Assembly: GCA_030704615.1 (NCBI GenBank)
Contig: CM060734.1
Coordinates: 25,172,001 to 25,236,000, forward strand
Reading direction: 5' to 3'
Origin: Takakia lepidozioides
Taxonomy: Eukaryota; Plantae; Bryophyta
DNA length: 64,000 bases
Under the pieces are notes generated by a model. The model made no database searches. It saw only the letters and a program-made list of their open reading frames with translations, and had not been told where the DNA came from. Made by a program: the position numbers and the translations under genes. Positions 1 to 11,744 of the stretch are shown here, one piece after another. How positions within the stretch are numbered: the stretch's first letter is position 1; each line of letters starts with the position of its first letter.

Positions 1-1
1 A

Positions 2-1925
2 GGAATCGCAGGAGGGATCGCAGGAGGAGAAGGAGGGAGTCAAGCTGTAGAATATACTAGCTCGGTTGACAGGAGAAACTGCCAACAGCAAACTCCGGTG
101 GAAGCCCCAAATGCACAGGAGCGGCTCCTCTTAAAAAAACTGCGAAACGATAATGCCGCTTTCAAAAAACAAATTGGGAGCCTGACGGAGAGTTTGCACC
201 TTGCTTTGAAAAATGGGGCCGAGAAACCGGCTTGCATAAATTGGGATTGTGTGAAGGTTTTTTCCTAGCCTTCAATCTGATTCCATTCTGATTCTCTTAT
301 TGTGTTTGTTCTATTGTGAGGTTAGAGGAAGATGTACTATTCTCTTGAAGGCGTTCCCTCATTCTTGCTCTTGCCCTACTGCTACTGTGGACCCTACACA
401 CTGCAATAATTTAGACATATTTATCTGACATGTTTTCATGATAGAGTAAGAGAAGGAAAGAAGCTATGGGGTAGAGAGATAAAGAAAGATTAGTCAGAAT
501 ATATCACAGGTGGTGTCCTAATGTAGAAGAGCTTCCTGTGACAATCTAGTATGGAACCACCATAGGGTTTCTATGATGCTTATGACAGTGTTGTTGTACA
601 GATGATAGTGCAAGTGTTATACCCGAATGCAGGATAGCCAGATCTTATTATAAGGAAAAGCTGGTAGGGCTCAAGAAATAGCAACAAAATTGAAATAGAT
701 CAGCAGAGAGGATGTTGTAGTTCCACAGGAGGTGAGGTGGATAGAACAAGCAATTTCTATGTTGCAACACACAAGATGATCAATTCTGGTGTAATGTGTG
801 CAATTTAATTTTTGTATGTGCAGAACAAACATAGAATGTTGTGTTGCTGGAAAAATTAAGCACTGGAAAATGGAATGTGTACAAGTATATCCGTGATTTC
901 TGATGGTTGGTCATTTTCCTTTGTAGATGAAAATGGTGATGATTACCATAGAGATCCTTTTAGGAAAGGATAGCTCTGTCCTCTTTCCAGATGAAGGAAA
1001 TGTAAAAGAAACTATCTTGACAGCATACGGTGTTCATGAAGATGACAGCATACGGTTTACCGTTGTACGGGACTTGATGAATGTTGAGTGGGGACCACAA
1101 AACCCAAAGGAAGGAGGTTTAAGACGATATGCAATGTCCCACATCCGTATGACCCGAGGTCATTACACCCGCTTGGCCAAGGACGAGCTTTACAGGATCT
1201 TGCAAATTCCCAAGCCTCCTCTTAACGCATCTACAAGCGACAAGGAGGCCTGGAAACTCAAACTTTCAGTCTTGAGGGAAGGTATTATCATCTCCTAAAG
1301 CTCTTGAATCTCTTCGAAATGACTATGTTGTTGCACATGATTTTTTTGCTTGCAATCTGACTTGTTTGTGGATTGACTGGCGCTTTCAAGTTTGAAGACT
1401 TACTAGTTCGCAGGTGAGAAATGGTGCATCCGGAGGCTTGAGGACGGTGTTGAAGATCCCTACGGATCTTCAGCATTGCATGGGGCAATTGTGAAGGTGG
1501 TTTTTGGAGAAAACTATGATCCTGACAAACCAATCGAGTTGACCTTGGAGCAGGTAGCTTTCTTCCTACATGTGGTGAGTTTCTGTAAGCTCTGTAGATT
1601 ATAAGACTTGACTACAAGATTTCATTATAGTGCTGGAAGCTTACATCAAACAATCTAAGTCATGAACACATGAAGAATGTTTGAAGATGATCTGAAGTAG
1701 TTTGTAGTTCTTGATAACTATTTATTAGATATTGGTGGTACTAGCGTTCAGCTTAACCTTGCGATGAGAGATGAGAACCTGACCCATGGAGATGCACGTT
1801 ACCATCAACGTGCCATGGAGAAGGAAGAAGACCTGCTTGTGGAAGCCCTACCACGTTTCACAAGACTAATCATCCTTGATCCCTCCCTTCCTTTGGATGA
1901 GGGTTCAGCACACTGGGATGACTGA
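2..1925 (+). CDS. 5'-partial spliced gene of unknown function (exons <2-256, 927-1281, 1414-1574, 1752-1925), possibly transposon cargo
   Basis: Four open segments joined by phase-compatible GT-AG introns (AAG|gt 257, ttgtag|ATG 927, G|gt 1282, cgcag|GT 1414, GTG|gtgag 1575, ttcag|CTT 1752), ending in TGA at 1923-1925. No domain recognised. Confidence 0.5.
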
Positions 1926-2397
1926 TTCAGCAAGCCATGAAATGAAATATTGATGACATGCCATGAGATGATAATTGAGACAGGGTTGTAGCAATCAGAG
2001 GAACAGTTCGAGAGTGTGATTTTTCCATATAACCTTCTGAGCAAAACGAAATTCCACCAAAAGGGAAAAAGATAGAGCAGCAGCACATGGTCCATAAATT
2101 ATGAAATTGCGGTGCAAGGGTGTAGTTATGTTTGGCCCTAGGGACCTCTGGTTCTATGTGGAATAGGAAAATGCAAACCATATTATTTGCATATGTTCGC
2201 AGCCTAGTTATCATTCCTGACGTGAAGTGGCGCTGACACGTCGGCCGTCACGTCACGTCGAATCCGGACGTTTACCCATGTAAATTTTTTTACATTTGAC
2301 TTTTACGATTTACTTCTATCCTTTCTAATGACATGGCAGCCACGGTATAAAACAGACGTGGCCAATTATTAATATTTATTAATTCTTTTTAGACAAT

Positions 2398-3152
2398 GCG
2401 TCCGCCTATATTGGCGGTCGCATATAATTTATTATTTTTTAAATGAAGCGACCGCCCATATTGGCGGTCGTTTGTAATTTAATATTTTGTTAAATTAAGC
2501 GACCGCCCATATTGGTGGTCGCTTGTATTTTATTATATTTTAATATAAGCGACCACCTATATTGACGGTTGGTTGAAGTTTATTATGTTTTAAATGAAGC
2601 GACCGCCCAGATTGGCGGTCGCTCGCACTTTATTATATTATTATTATTATTATATCTTTAATATATTTTGTAAAAATACAGCGACCGCAGCTTTAGTTTT
2701 TTTTTGAATTTAGCGACCGCCATTTAGCAGCGGTCACTTATTTTTATTCTGATTCTTAAATAAAGCGACCGCCGTTTGGCGGTCGCTTCTTTAGTAAATT
2801 TTTGAAAAATGCAGCGACCGCCATTTGGCGGCTGTCGCTATTTTTGTTAATAAACAATACAGCGACCGCCATTTAGCGGCGGTCGCTTGATTTGATTTTG
2901 ATTCTTAAATTAAGCGACCGCCGTTTGGCGGTCGCTTACTTAATATAGTTTTTTAAATGAAGTGACCGCCATTTAGCGGCGGTCGCTTATTTTTATTTTG
3001 AATCTTGAATTAAGCGACCGCCAATAGGCGGTCGCTTATTTAATATATATTTTAAAAATACAGCGACCGCCATGTGGCGGTCGCTCTTCTTGTTTTTATA
3101 AATATTCTTGTTTTTTAATTTTTTGGAAATCCAGGGACCCACCGTATGGCGG
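2398..3152. repeat. Array A: ~15 copies of hairpin GCGACCGCC-N4-7-GGCGGTCGC with AT-rich spacers, period mostly ~48-52 bp
   Basis: Units start near 2398, 2448, 2499, 2549, 2599, 2681 (half), 2713, 2765, 2814, 2862, 2914, 2962, 3014, 3063 and 3134 (degenerate). Confidence 0.95.
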
Positions 3153-3834
3153 GTTTTTTTTTTTTTTTTTTAAATCATGAAGCGGCGCTTGGTCAGCCAC
3201 GTGGCGAGGTGCCACGGGTCAGGAAAAAGTTTTGAACCCTTGATCTCTCCCATGTGGGTACGCGTGGCAAGGCGCCACTGGCCTATCGCGCTTTTTTAAG
3301 CATTATGCCATTTATTTTGGGGGGGCCTGGTGGGCGCCTATATAAACCATTCCCCCCTCTTTTTTCTAATCACTTTTCCCCCTCTCGTGGTGCGGTTCCT
3401 TGGCATCATGTAGTCCTTTCGGACTTCGTTGCTTGGCACTGCCAACGGGAGATGCAAATGTGACTATTAGGGAGGGGGGAGGGGGGAGGTTTTGTCGGTT
3501 TTTTATTGGTCAGTCCCACACCCTTATTCACGGTTCAATCATCGTATCACCATTTTGCCGTTTTCGAATCTCCGGCGGCTTGTTTTTTTGCATAATCTAC
3601 GAAGACACCATCCACACGCGTCCATTGCCGTTTTCTAAGGTTTTGTCCCCTGTAGTGGCCAAAGGTTTATACAATGTTGGGGGTTGTGAATTCAAGTTAT
3701 GGGGCGGGGTCGTCTGGGGGTCGGAGGAAGAAAAAACGTGCCCATGAGCGGGATAGCCAAGTCAACAAGTCAGACTACCCAGGACCGGCTGCTTTGGATA
3801 GGGTGAAAGAAGATTTCAAATTTTCCAGCAGAAT

Positions 3835-5059
3835 ATGGAGAGGAAAATGACGAACGTTTTGGCGGGGGTTAAATGGATGGCGGACAGGGACAAGCCGAAG
3901 TTCAATCGGTGGATCCAAAGCAGGGCGAAAGACGCCACGTGGAATTTGAGGTAGCTAATGAAGACATGGAAGGGTAGAACAACCGAGGGTCGAGTGTCAT
4001 CCACCGAAACTGCGTTAATGCGGCGTGTCGAGTATTGGGCTTGCTCGACATGTCAGAATTCACATCGCCAGACTAGGGTTGTCCCTTGGAAGGCGGGGTC
4101 ATCGGGTGGGGGAGGTACAACTGGTCTTTATTACCTAAACTCTAGTGCGAAGGTGGTAGAGATTGGCCCTTACAAAGAAGGAGGGTATGTTAAGGTCCGT
4201 CAGTATAGGATTGTTGGCGATTCTAGAATACCGCAGCGTTAGGAGCTAGCGGGAAAAAAACCCAAATCCAAAAATCCAGAAAAGGCCTTGAGACAACATA
4301 ACGACGAGTGTTTGACAGTGAAGTTCCAGCATCCGGGTGTTATCTCATATTTTGATATGAATGCACGTGAGGTAGAGGGTTACAGTCGCTGGTGGAATGG
4401 GAGGACAATACGCGACATGATGAACCTTGACAGAAAATGGGGCAACGATTCGGACAACAGGGTGATTTTGGAACAAAGGGGAACGGAAGCAGAGTTCCAG
4501 GAATGCGATCGCTTGCTTTGTTTCCGGAAAGTGCGCAGTAAACTTGCATGGGCAGTGGTGTGCATCATGGATGTTGTCCACAAGAACGGTGTCCTGCACA
4601 ACGACTTATCCCCCGACAATATCTTGTTGCATTTCCAGATGACACCGAGGATATCAAGATTGGGGTGTGTGATTGGGGCTTAGCCACCCCATTGGGCATA
4701 CGCAAAGCCTCGTCGTACCAGTTTGAAAACCAAGACAAGCTGGACCGGGAACTCGCGAAAAGATGGTGGGTGAAAAAAGATATTGCATCGGTTTTCAATG
4801 CGAATACCACGCCCCCCCCAAGGACATGACGTCGCAGGCCTTTGCCGTTGGGAAGATAGCGGTACGAATAAATGGCGGCGCTCATTATGATCAAAGTATG
4901 TTCGAGGACCAATTTACGGGAGGTTGTTGGCATTCAATGCTACAAAGATTGTACGACAACAACAAAAATGAAAGAGTCACATTAGCCCATGTAGTACTTC
5001 GGTTCATGGGCAAGCCATTCAATTGGCCTGAGCCGAAAGACGTATATAAGACGGAGTAG
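3835..5059 (+). pseudogene. Intronless protein kinase-like pseudogene
   Basis: Motifs in kinase order: EGGYVKV (Gly loop), ELAGK (ATP-binding Lys), LHNDLSPDNILL (catalytic loop), DWGLA (DFG equivalent). Broken by in-frame TAG at 3952 and 4240 and frameshifts at ~4635 and in the C-run at ~4812. Confidence 0.85.
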
Positions 5060-5142
5060 ACCATAGTCTCGTAGATATGAGATTTGTGGCAGTACAATGG
5101 TTCTTTTATGAAGACAGAACTCAATTTTGATCGTGCATGTAA

Positions 5143-5694
5143 TAAATAAAATCCCATTGTAAATATTACATTGCATATGTTCGACCCTGGCACCTGTTAT
5201 CGCAACATAAATGGTTTGTGTATTGTCTCACTATTTATATTTGTAATGTTCCAACGTGGCTGATAGGGTTATGAGAAAACGATAAATTAGTTCCGTACGA
5301 GTTAAACAACTAACGTCCCACATCTCATTCGGATATGCGACACTACCATGTGAGGCATGAGTCTATAAGTAACATGTGCACATGCGACCTCCGAAGTCCG
5401 AACGTTCAATACTAGGTCCAACAAATGCTTTGCTCGAACGTTCCGAGGTCGCATGTACACCTGTTACTTATTGATTCATGCCTCACATGGTAGTGTCGTG
5501 AATGAGAATGAGATATAGAACGTAAGTTGTCTAACTCCTACGGAACCAATACATCGTTTTTCTCATAACCTTGTCAGAAACGTTGGAACATTGGAACATA
5601 CAAACAGTGACACAGTACACGGCCGATTTTGTTGAAATGACATCTGTGAGGTTCGAGCATATGCAATTTATTATTTACAACGGAACTTTATTTA
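5143..5694. repeat. Long imperfect inverted repeat 1 (arms ~250 bp, loop ~45 nt)
   Basis: cgacactaccatgtgaggcatga pairs with tcatgcctcacatggtagtgtcg; aatgttccaacg with cgttggaacatt; ttgcatatg with catatgcaa. Confidence 0.9.
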
Positions 5695-5772
5695 CTCGGG
5701 GGACCGGTACTGCTGCAGGAGCGCAACTGATGGTGCGAGTTCTCTATTGATTGGAGCTGTCACAACCAATGT

Positions 5773-6139
5773 CAACAATCATATTTACGGTAAGGTGTTT
5801 CATGCTATTATTGTTCCACTAGCTGAATTCTGTAGTACTCTTTTTGCTATTCCCATGCCAACAACATCAGGTCCTCTGAGACTGTCATGTTCAAATGAAC
5901 GTATCAGCCACCCCGGCCAGCTTGCAGGCTGCAGCCACGGCCCACCATAAATTGAATGAATTAGAGATTTTGTGCTCAGTTCATGGTTTCATGTCCGTGG
6001 TGGCTGATACGGAATTTGGAATATGACAGTCCCAGTGGACCTGATGTTGCTGGCATGGGAGTAGCAAAACGATTCCTAAAGAAATCAGCTACATGAACAT
6101 CGGCAATATGAAACACCTTGCAGTACATATGATTCTTGA
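5773..6139. repeat. Long imperfect inverted repeat 2 (arms ~145 bp)
   Basis: tcccatgccaacaacatcaggtcc pairs with ggacctgatgttgctggcatggga. ORFs 5747+ and 5976- give near-identical peptides. Confidence 0.9.
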
Positions 6140-6435
6140 GATTATTTGCACGGATTATTTGTGTTTGTGCCTTCAAGTGACGAACATTTCCGCCATGGTG
6201 CGGAAGAGGTGCATTGGCCACATGAAACGGTTGATGTGATACCATTTCACAAATGTATCACATTGCATTTGTGAAAATGTATCACATGAACCGTTCCATG
6301 TGGCCTACGGGAGTCTTTGATGGGTACGAGATCAATGTGGCCTACGAGATTAGCTTCCACCAACAAACATGTGATCATTTCAGAAGCGTTTGAAGCGACG
6401 ATGAGCAAGGTTCTTCATCCAAATGTTCAACATGC

Positions 6436-6741
6436 TGAGGTCTTCTGTAATGTCTTTTGCTTCGTAATGAGGTGCATCTCCAACTCTTATTTTTCCAATG
6501 TTGATATCTTCCATCTGGAATATATCCACACATGCGTATATAAATACTTAAAAAACCAAATGACCACAAAACTGGAAGTTGGGGATAAGACTTATAAAAG
6601 TGGAGATGGTCATTTCCTTATTTAAGGATTTCTGCACACATGTGTAGATCTGATCCAGGTGGAGAACATCGACATATGGGATAAAGTGGACATGGAAAAG
6701 CACCGCATTACGAAGCATGAGACACTACAAAAAGAGCTTCA
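6436..6741. repeat. Long imperfect inverted repeat 3 (arms ~130 bp)
   Basis: tgcttcgtaatgaggtgc pairs with gcaccgcattacgaagca; aaatgacca with tggtcattt. Confidence 0.8.
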
Positions 6742-6756
6742 AAAGGCATACTATGT

Positions 6757-7165
6757 AACAGGTCCCGGTCTAATATGAGACAAAACCCCTTTCATTCAAT
6801 GGGCGATTGAATGGTTGCCCATCCAAATGATTTTTGTTTGCTTTCAATCTTTGCCACTATGTTCAATATACCATGTATCAGGTCCCGGACTAATATGAGA
6901 TCAATCAAAATTCATTCGATGGCTCAACGGATGGTTGGCCATCGAAATGATTTTGGTTCGCTTTGAGACTTGGCCAGTATGTTCAATGTACCATGTAAGA
7001 GGTCCCAGAGTAATATGAGATCAATCGAAATTCGTTCAATGGCTGAACGGATGGTTTTCCATCCAAATGATTTTGGTTCGCTTTGAGACTTGGGCAGTGT
7101 GTTCAATGTACCATCTCACAGATCCCAGTGCAATATGAGATCAATCAAAATTCGTTCGATGGGCC
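6757..7165. repeat. 120-bp tandem repeat, block 1 (~3.4 units)
   Basis: ggtccc..taatatgaga recurs at 6761, 6881, 7001 and 7121. Units contain a ggatggttgcccatcc-type mini-hairpin. Confidence 0.9.
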
Positions 7166-7756
7166 AATGACATCTGGTTTTTGTTCATTGCGAAAAAGAA
7201 ATCTTGCAATGCGTGCACGGCTATTGCACCCATTGAACGGATGTGGTTGAAGCCCATCTTTTGCCCGCATGTACTTGAACATGTGTACGACCCATGTGCC
7301 GAGACACAACAGAAGAACCAATCATTTGCCTCCCCATCGACGCGCTTACCCCTCAAGTCATTCAAGAATTTAATTTAAATGAATTTTAAGCCAATAAATA
7401 GGTTGACACCGCCTTCCATTGGGGGTTTCTGCCACGTATCGATTTTGTTTTTGGCTCAATTTTGTTCTGCGGCTTCCAGCATCCCACCACTACTCCCCCG
7501 CCAAAATTTGGACCAATTAAAAATGTCCAAAAAAAAAAGTGTTCTCTTTGCTCATTATTGCAAAACTCTCTATGAAGAGTGCATGAAGTGGAACACAAAT
7601 CAAGTTTGGAGTGCAAAACAGGGAATAAACTGTGGTTTTGGGTCCAAATGAATTTTGTTCGCTTCCAAATTTGGCACGCACGTTGCATATGGAGTCATTA
7701 CATGCCCCATTTAAAAACGGAATGAAAAAAAAAATCATGAGCACGCGAAACGCAGT

Positions 7757-8155
7757 TCAACAGGTCCCAAAGTAATAGCAGATCCAACGAAATTCATTCA
7801 AGGGGTGAACGGATGGTTGCCCATCCAAATCATTTTTGTTTGCTTCCTAACTTTGCCAGTACATTTGGGACACCCTCTCACATGTCTCGTACTAATATGA
7901 GATCAATCGAAATTCATTCGATGGCTCAACAGATGGTTGCCTATCGAAATGATTTTGGATCGATTTGAGACTTGGCCAGTATGTTCAATGTACCATGTAA
8001 GAGGTCCCAGAGTAATATGAGATCAATCAAAATTTGTTCAATGGGCCAATAGATGGTTGCCCATCTAAATGATTTTCATTCGCTTCGAGACTTGGCCAGT
8101 ATATTCAACGTACCATCTGACAGGTCCCAAAGTAATATGAGATCAATCGAAATTA
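7757..8155. repeat. 120-bp tandem repeat, block 2 (~3.3 units), same family as block 1
   Basis: Same motif at 7763, 7883, 8003 and 8123. Confidence 0.9.
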
Positions 8156-8679
8156 TTTTGTGCTTCGAGAACTTTGTGGGTATGTTCGTCATACGTAAAA
8201 AGATCATAGATTTTGAGAAATGATTATGAAATACGCAGGGACCAGACGAAATTTTTTGGAAGACGACCGTTCGTAACTCGTTATAACTTATTGGTTAACA
8301 TCAATTTTCCTTGTTCTCCAGCTTTCGAAGTTCATTGCAGATACCCACATACACGTCATGACCAAATATGACACCATCGTAAAATTATTTACAGGGTGAA
8401 CTACTTATTCCCCATCACACGAGTGTAAATGTGAAGAAAACGTTGCTCATGCAATTGAAATTGGCGGAATGCTATCATTGTGTTTTGCAACAATATTCAA
8501 GGTACAACAAGAATGCACATTGTCTATGTACTACGCTGCCAGTCATTAAAAGCCTAGTCGTCACTGTCCGAGGACAAGAGATGTGATGTTGTGGCCTGAT
8601 TTGCACTGCCAATACGGAGAGCTTGCGACCGTGATCTCGTGGTCAATGAGGGGCCCAATGGCATGTGATCAATTCTGGC

Positions 8680-10615
8680 CTACATCCGCCTACTTTGCGG
8701 TGAAAGTTGACTTTCTTCTTCACTCTCACGACGTGGCGGAGGTGGATCGACAACAAGTGCTCGGGCTACATGCAAATCGACAACGAGGCCGTCCACATTC
8801 GACAATAGAGCCCCCGAAACACGATGATAACGGTCTGTCCATAGTCGCCTCCATTGCTCTACAACTGCCTTGATGGTACTTTTGAAACTTTCCAGTTGCA
8901 TCTCGCGGGCCCTGTCCCTAATCATTGTGCCGTTTCGACGATAAGCCGCCTCATACGCCTCATTCATTCGGCGTTGACATATTATAGCATCTTCCAGTTC
9001 GGACAACAACAAATGTCTCCTAATCGATTCTCGGTCATACAATTCGTTCTCCTCCGGCACCCATGGAACCTGTGGGGGAGCCAGATAAACCTGGACCTTC
9101 TCTGACTCTAATGCCCTCCCAAATTGCGGTAAAACTGCTCTCTCTCCCATCAATCAGGAATGCCTCCCGCATGTATGATTATCTCCCAGTCAGATGTGAC
9201 CCAGAAATACTGGGGATCTTTGACGTATGCCGGGTTTCCGGCATGTATGCCATGCATCTCTCTGTCTGCATCCCATACAAAGTTTTTGCCCCAATGCACA
9301 CAATTCAAAAATATAAATGGTAGCCCATCCAATGGGAGGTTGTGTCGGTTGTATTCAAAACCTATGGGCATCCTTTCCTCCAAGCCCACCAGCTCATAGA
9401 AACGGTGATGGATTGATGTACGGCATTCTGGGCAAGCGCTCATCCGCAAGGCTTGCGGGATAAGACATGTGAGATGGAACATATGTCCACATGATCCAAA
9501 CACATGACATCCCTCTGGGCCGTATGGATTCCTACACATCGAACAAACTGTGCCATCTGATATCCATGACGGCAAAACGCGTCGTGGTATCTCCTCCTTC
9601 TGGGCCGGTTTGATGTGGCTGGTCATCCTCTATCTCCAATTCCCAGTTTATGCTTCTGTTCGACCCCAAAATTTTGTGCTCACATTGATCGAACATAGAA
9701 TCCACATCCACCCAGTTGGTATACCCGGCGAACACGCTTGATGCGATGCGGAGATCGTTATACCTTTGCATGTTGGCATAAATGCTATCCACGCTACGGT
9801 TCGACATGCGTGCGACACGTTGCAAGGCTGACAGTGCCCGCCCTACCCGTGCTTCTCTGGAGGCCAAATGGGTCGCCCATTGTATCCAATTATCCCAATC
9901 GCCATTCAATAGGACCCATGCCCGAATCTCCAATGTTTTGGACAAACGCCATGCAGTTGTTATGGCAATGTCCCGCTCATTTGTAACGCGGTCGACATCA
10001 GATATCGGATTCATCTCGGATTGAATGGCGACCCTCGAGCATTCCCCGGTTTTCAGTACTGGTTCTTTTCATTTCCTCCATCTCTCATCTGCAATTTGCT
10101 GTTCCTCAACCATGGTTTCATCGGCCGTAGGATCAAGGACGTCCGTAATTTTGTGAATGATGAGGTCAATACTGCGATCGGGCATTGCAAACTCCGCGTC
10201 CATGTCCACGACGTTTGTTCGATCCTCATTGTGGACAATTGTGCCTTCATTGTTTGGAGGCATGTCTTGCAATCTAGTTTCCAACTCGGCTATGCGCAGT
10301 GTTTGCCAGTCCAGTCGGTCCTGGAGGGTCCTGATTCGCTGGTCTCTTTAAGTCAGTTGTTCCTCTAACGTTGCAGCCGGTTGTGTTCCAAACGTGTCCG
10401 GGATGTACTCCAAATTGTATAGCATCCTTGCATTTCTCCTACTAGTAGTTTGCCGATTCACTGGACGCAACAGTATGACCTCCACGTACAACATGGCTGC
10501 CAAGATGTACGGGATTTGGCCCTTTAAGAGAGGTTGACCCCACAATGTGCAATGCGAAATGCAAGTTCGTGCAAGACCTGGACTCTACGTAATTGTTTCA
10601 GGTTTGTATGTCATG
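8680..10615 (-). pseudogene. Intronless RING-H2 (putative E3 ligase) pseudogene; 5' end cut by an LTR insertion
   Basis: CSMC..CGHMFHLTC..CPEC is a C3H2C3 RING. ORFs 10348-10545, 10069-10284 and 9532-10014 share one frame separated by stops; frameshifts near 9626 and ~9060. Confidence 0.8.
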
Positions 10616-11744
10616 TGTCGCGGCCCTTTGCCTTGAGGGCAGCGGGTCGGGACACAAGAGGGGCTGCCCCTATGGTGGGGGCAGTGGCAACAATAGGTAC
10701 AGGGGCTGAAGCACCCTTGAGTGCCCAAGGCACTCAAGGAGGCGGAGGCACTCACTAGGTGGAGCCCCGCACACCGGGTTGCGGTGGGGGTGGGTCCACT
10801 AGGAGTGGTGGTAGCTTAGTGGGTCTTAGTAGGGGTGGCATAAGACTCACCATGGGGCGGAGACCTTGTGGTGGGAGTTGTGGGGAGTCTTGGGACTCAT
10901 CACGGTCCAATGGGGCCGTGGTGGGTGGGCCAAGACTCACCGCGACTCATCACCGGGAATCGAGGGTTTTCGTGGTGGTTCGCCATAAAATGACTAGGTT
11001 GTTTGTGAAATCCCCGCGGACAGTCACAGAATTATATATAGGGAGTAGTAATCCCGAGAACGGTGCAAGCCCGTTGGTGACCAAAAACTGGTGAGTAAGC
11101 GTGCGAGCCGGAAAGCGACCAAGGTGTGGGGAGCTGTTCCGGACTGCCGACAACCAAAGGGAATTTCCATTAGGCCCAAATTGAACGAGGGTCTGGTGGA
11201 GGAGTAAAGGGGGACCGTTATGTCCCGGTGAGCAGCCGAAGCTCCGAGTTGGCCCGGCGGCCAGTTTGGGAGTTAGGCGCGTGCATGAAAGCGAGTAACT
11301 ATGACTTGAAGGGGAGCTTACCAAAGTGAGGTGCGCGACACTTGGTATTAGAGCTTAGAGTTCAGTACGCAATCGTCCTTGAGATCGGCCTCATCATGGG
11401 GTCGGGCAAGACAAAGCGAAAGCGGAACGGCCCGAAAAATGATGATCTTGGTGAGCCCGGCGGGGGCGACGTGTCACCGAAGCGTCAATCGGAAGAGGCG
11501 ATTCATGCTTTGAAAATGAGGCCGCTCAAGAATGGGAGAAATTTTGGGAGTCGGACCCCGAGGACTTCCCAGAGGCTCCGCCAGACCAACAGATGTCTCC
11601 CATGCCAGCAGCCTTTTGGGAAGGGTTGTTGGCGCAGTTTGGCGGGACGTTGAAAGACGTGTTGAAGGTGGCTAATGCCACTTCCACTAAGGCAAAGTTT
11701 AAGGTGAAGCCTAAGGAACCCGACACCTTCGAGGGCGTCCAAAA
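10616..11744 (+). mobile_element. 5' half of a chromovirus copy: LTR 10616-11340, PBS 11343-11354, frameshifted gag start, truncated at ~11744
   Basis: TG..CA LTR homologous to 13305-14031 in reverse; TGGTATTAGAGC; gag MGSGKTKRKR...EPDTFEGV, then unrelated sequence. Confidence 0.95.

Noticed and set aside
3835-10615. Endogenous giant-virus segment
   Set aside because: Intronless kinase, RING and hairpins are compatible, but no viral core gene is visible, so it cannot be supported here.
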